DNA of 64,000 nucleotides, taken from positions 19,594,001-19,658,000 of the forward strand of contig CM052832.1 in assembly GCA_028534125.1 (NCBI GenBank), given 5' to 3'. The notes under the pieces were generated by a model. That model saw nothing but the letters and a program-made list of their open reading frames with translations. It made no database searches and had not been told where the DNA came from. This stretch comes from Lama glama (Eukaryota). The position numbers were made by a program, and so were the translations under genes. How positions within the stretch are numbered: position 1 is the stretch's first letter; every line of letters begins with the position of its first letter. Positions 63,160 through 64,000 of this stretch are shown piece by piece.

Positions 63160-63659
63160 NNNNNNNNNNNNNNNNNNNNNNNNNNNNNNNNNNNNNNNNN
63201 NNNNNNNNNNNNNNNNNNNNNNNNNNNNNNNNNNNNNNNNNNNNNNNNNNNNNNNNNNNNNNNNNNNNNNNNNNNNNNNNNNNNNNNNNNNNNNNNNNNN
63301 NNNNNNNNNNNNNNNNNNNNNNNNNNNNNNNNNNNNNNNNNNNNNNNNNNNNNNNNNNNNNNNNNNNNNNNNNNNNNNNNNNNNNNNNNNNNNNNNNNNN
63401 NNNNNNNNNNNNNNNNNNNNNNNNNNNNNNNNNNNNNNNNNNNNNNNNNNNNNNNNNNNNNNNNNNNNNNNNNNNNNNNNNNNNNNNNNNNNNNNNNNNN
63501 NNNNNNNNNNNNNNNNNNNNNNNNNNNNNNNNNNNNNNNNNNNNNNNNNNNNNNNNNNNNNNNNNNNNNNNNNNNNNNNNNNNNNNNNNNNNNNNNNNNN
63601 NNNNNNNNNNNNNNNNNNNNNNNNNNNNNNNNNNNNNNNNNNNNNNNNNNNNNNNNNNN
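63160..63659. other. Assembly gap (500 N)
   Basis: Run of N. Confidence 1.
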
Positions 63660-63925
63660 AAATCAATGTAATCCATTAAATGAACAGGCTAAAGAAGAAG
63701 AGTCACAGGGTAATATCAATTAACACAAAGAATTTGACAAAATGCAACACATTTATGATAAAAAAGCTCTTAGCAAACTAGGAATAAATAGCAGGGTACT
63801 TCCTCAAATTGATACAGACTATAGATGCAATATTTTCTGCCTTAGATTGGGAAGAAAGCAAGGACGTTCTGTCTCATTACTCCTATTCCACACCATACTG
63901 GAAGTCATGGATAGAGCAAATGTGG
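63660..63925 (+). mobile_element. Old L1 ORF2 (RT region) remnant
   Basis: INVIH..; tttgacaaaatgcaacac (FDKxQH); ctcttagcaaactaggaata (LSKLGI); ggaagaaagcaagga (GxxQG); ctcctattccacaccatactggaagtc (LLFxxxLEV); frameshifts and deletions. Confidence 0.85.
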
Positions 63926-64000
63926 AGAATAAAAGGAAGTATAAATATAGTGGTAGTGTTTCTACATTTCTTATGAAATGTTAAAATACTGATCTAAATT

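Noticed and set aside
1..64000. CRISPR arrays, tRNA, rRNA, snRNA genes, CpG island
   Set aside because: No repeat-spacer periodicity, no recognisable structured RNA gene, and CpG is depleted throughout.

Overview
AT-rich, CpG-poor eutherian genomic DNA, either intronic or intergenic, with three assembly gaps (854-953, 23193-23692, 63160-63659). I found no recognisable protein-coding exon, structured RNA gene, CpG island or CRISPR-like array. The only ORFs with real protein homology are decayed LINE-1 ORF2 (reverse transcriptase) fragments. Much of the window is transposon relics: many MIR and L2 pieces, old L1M/L1ME copies, MaLR MLT1 solo LTRs, hAT-Charlie elements (MER20, MER5, a Charlie-type MITE), a Tigger1 deletion derivative, and two younger lineage-specific L1 3' ends. 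The repeat content (no Alu, B1/B2, Bov-A/BovB, PRE-1 or CAN-SINE seen) suggests a cetartiodactyl, probably a camelid; this is inference from recalled consensus sequences. The most notable non-repeat signals are: a minus-strand AG|GTAAGT site resembling a recursive splice site or 6-nt microexon (50515-50520); a well-bounded 144-nt plus-strand exon candidate (59012-59155); two candidate alternative first exons; a (TA)n tract clamped by 19-bp inverted arms; several perfect short palindromes; and a MIR split by two later insertions. I cannot support a claim of a novel biological system. Repeat subfamily names and most boundaries are by-eye and approximate.
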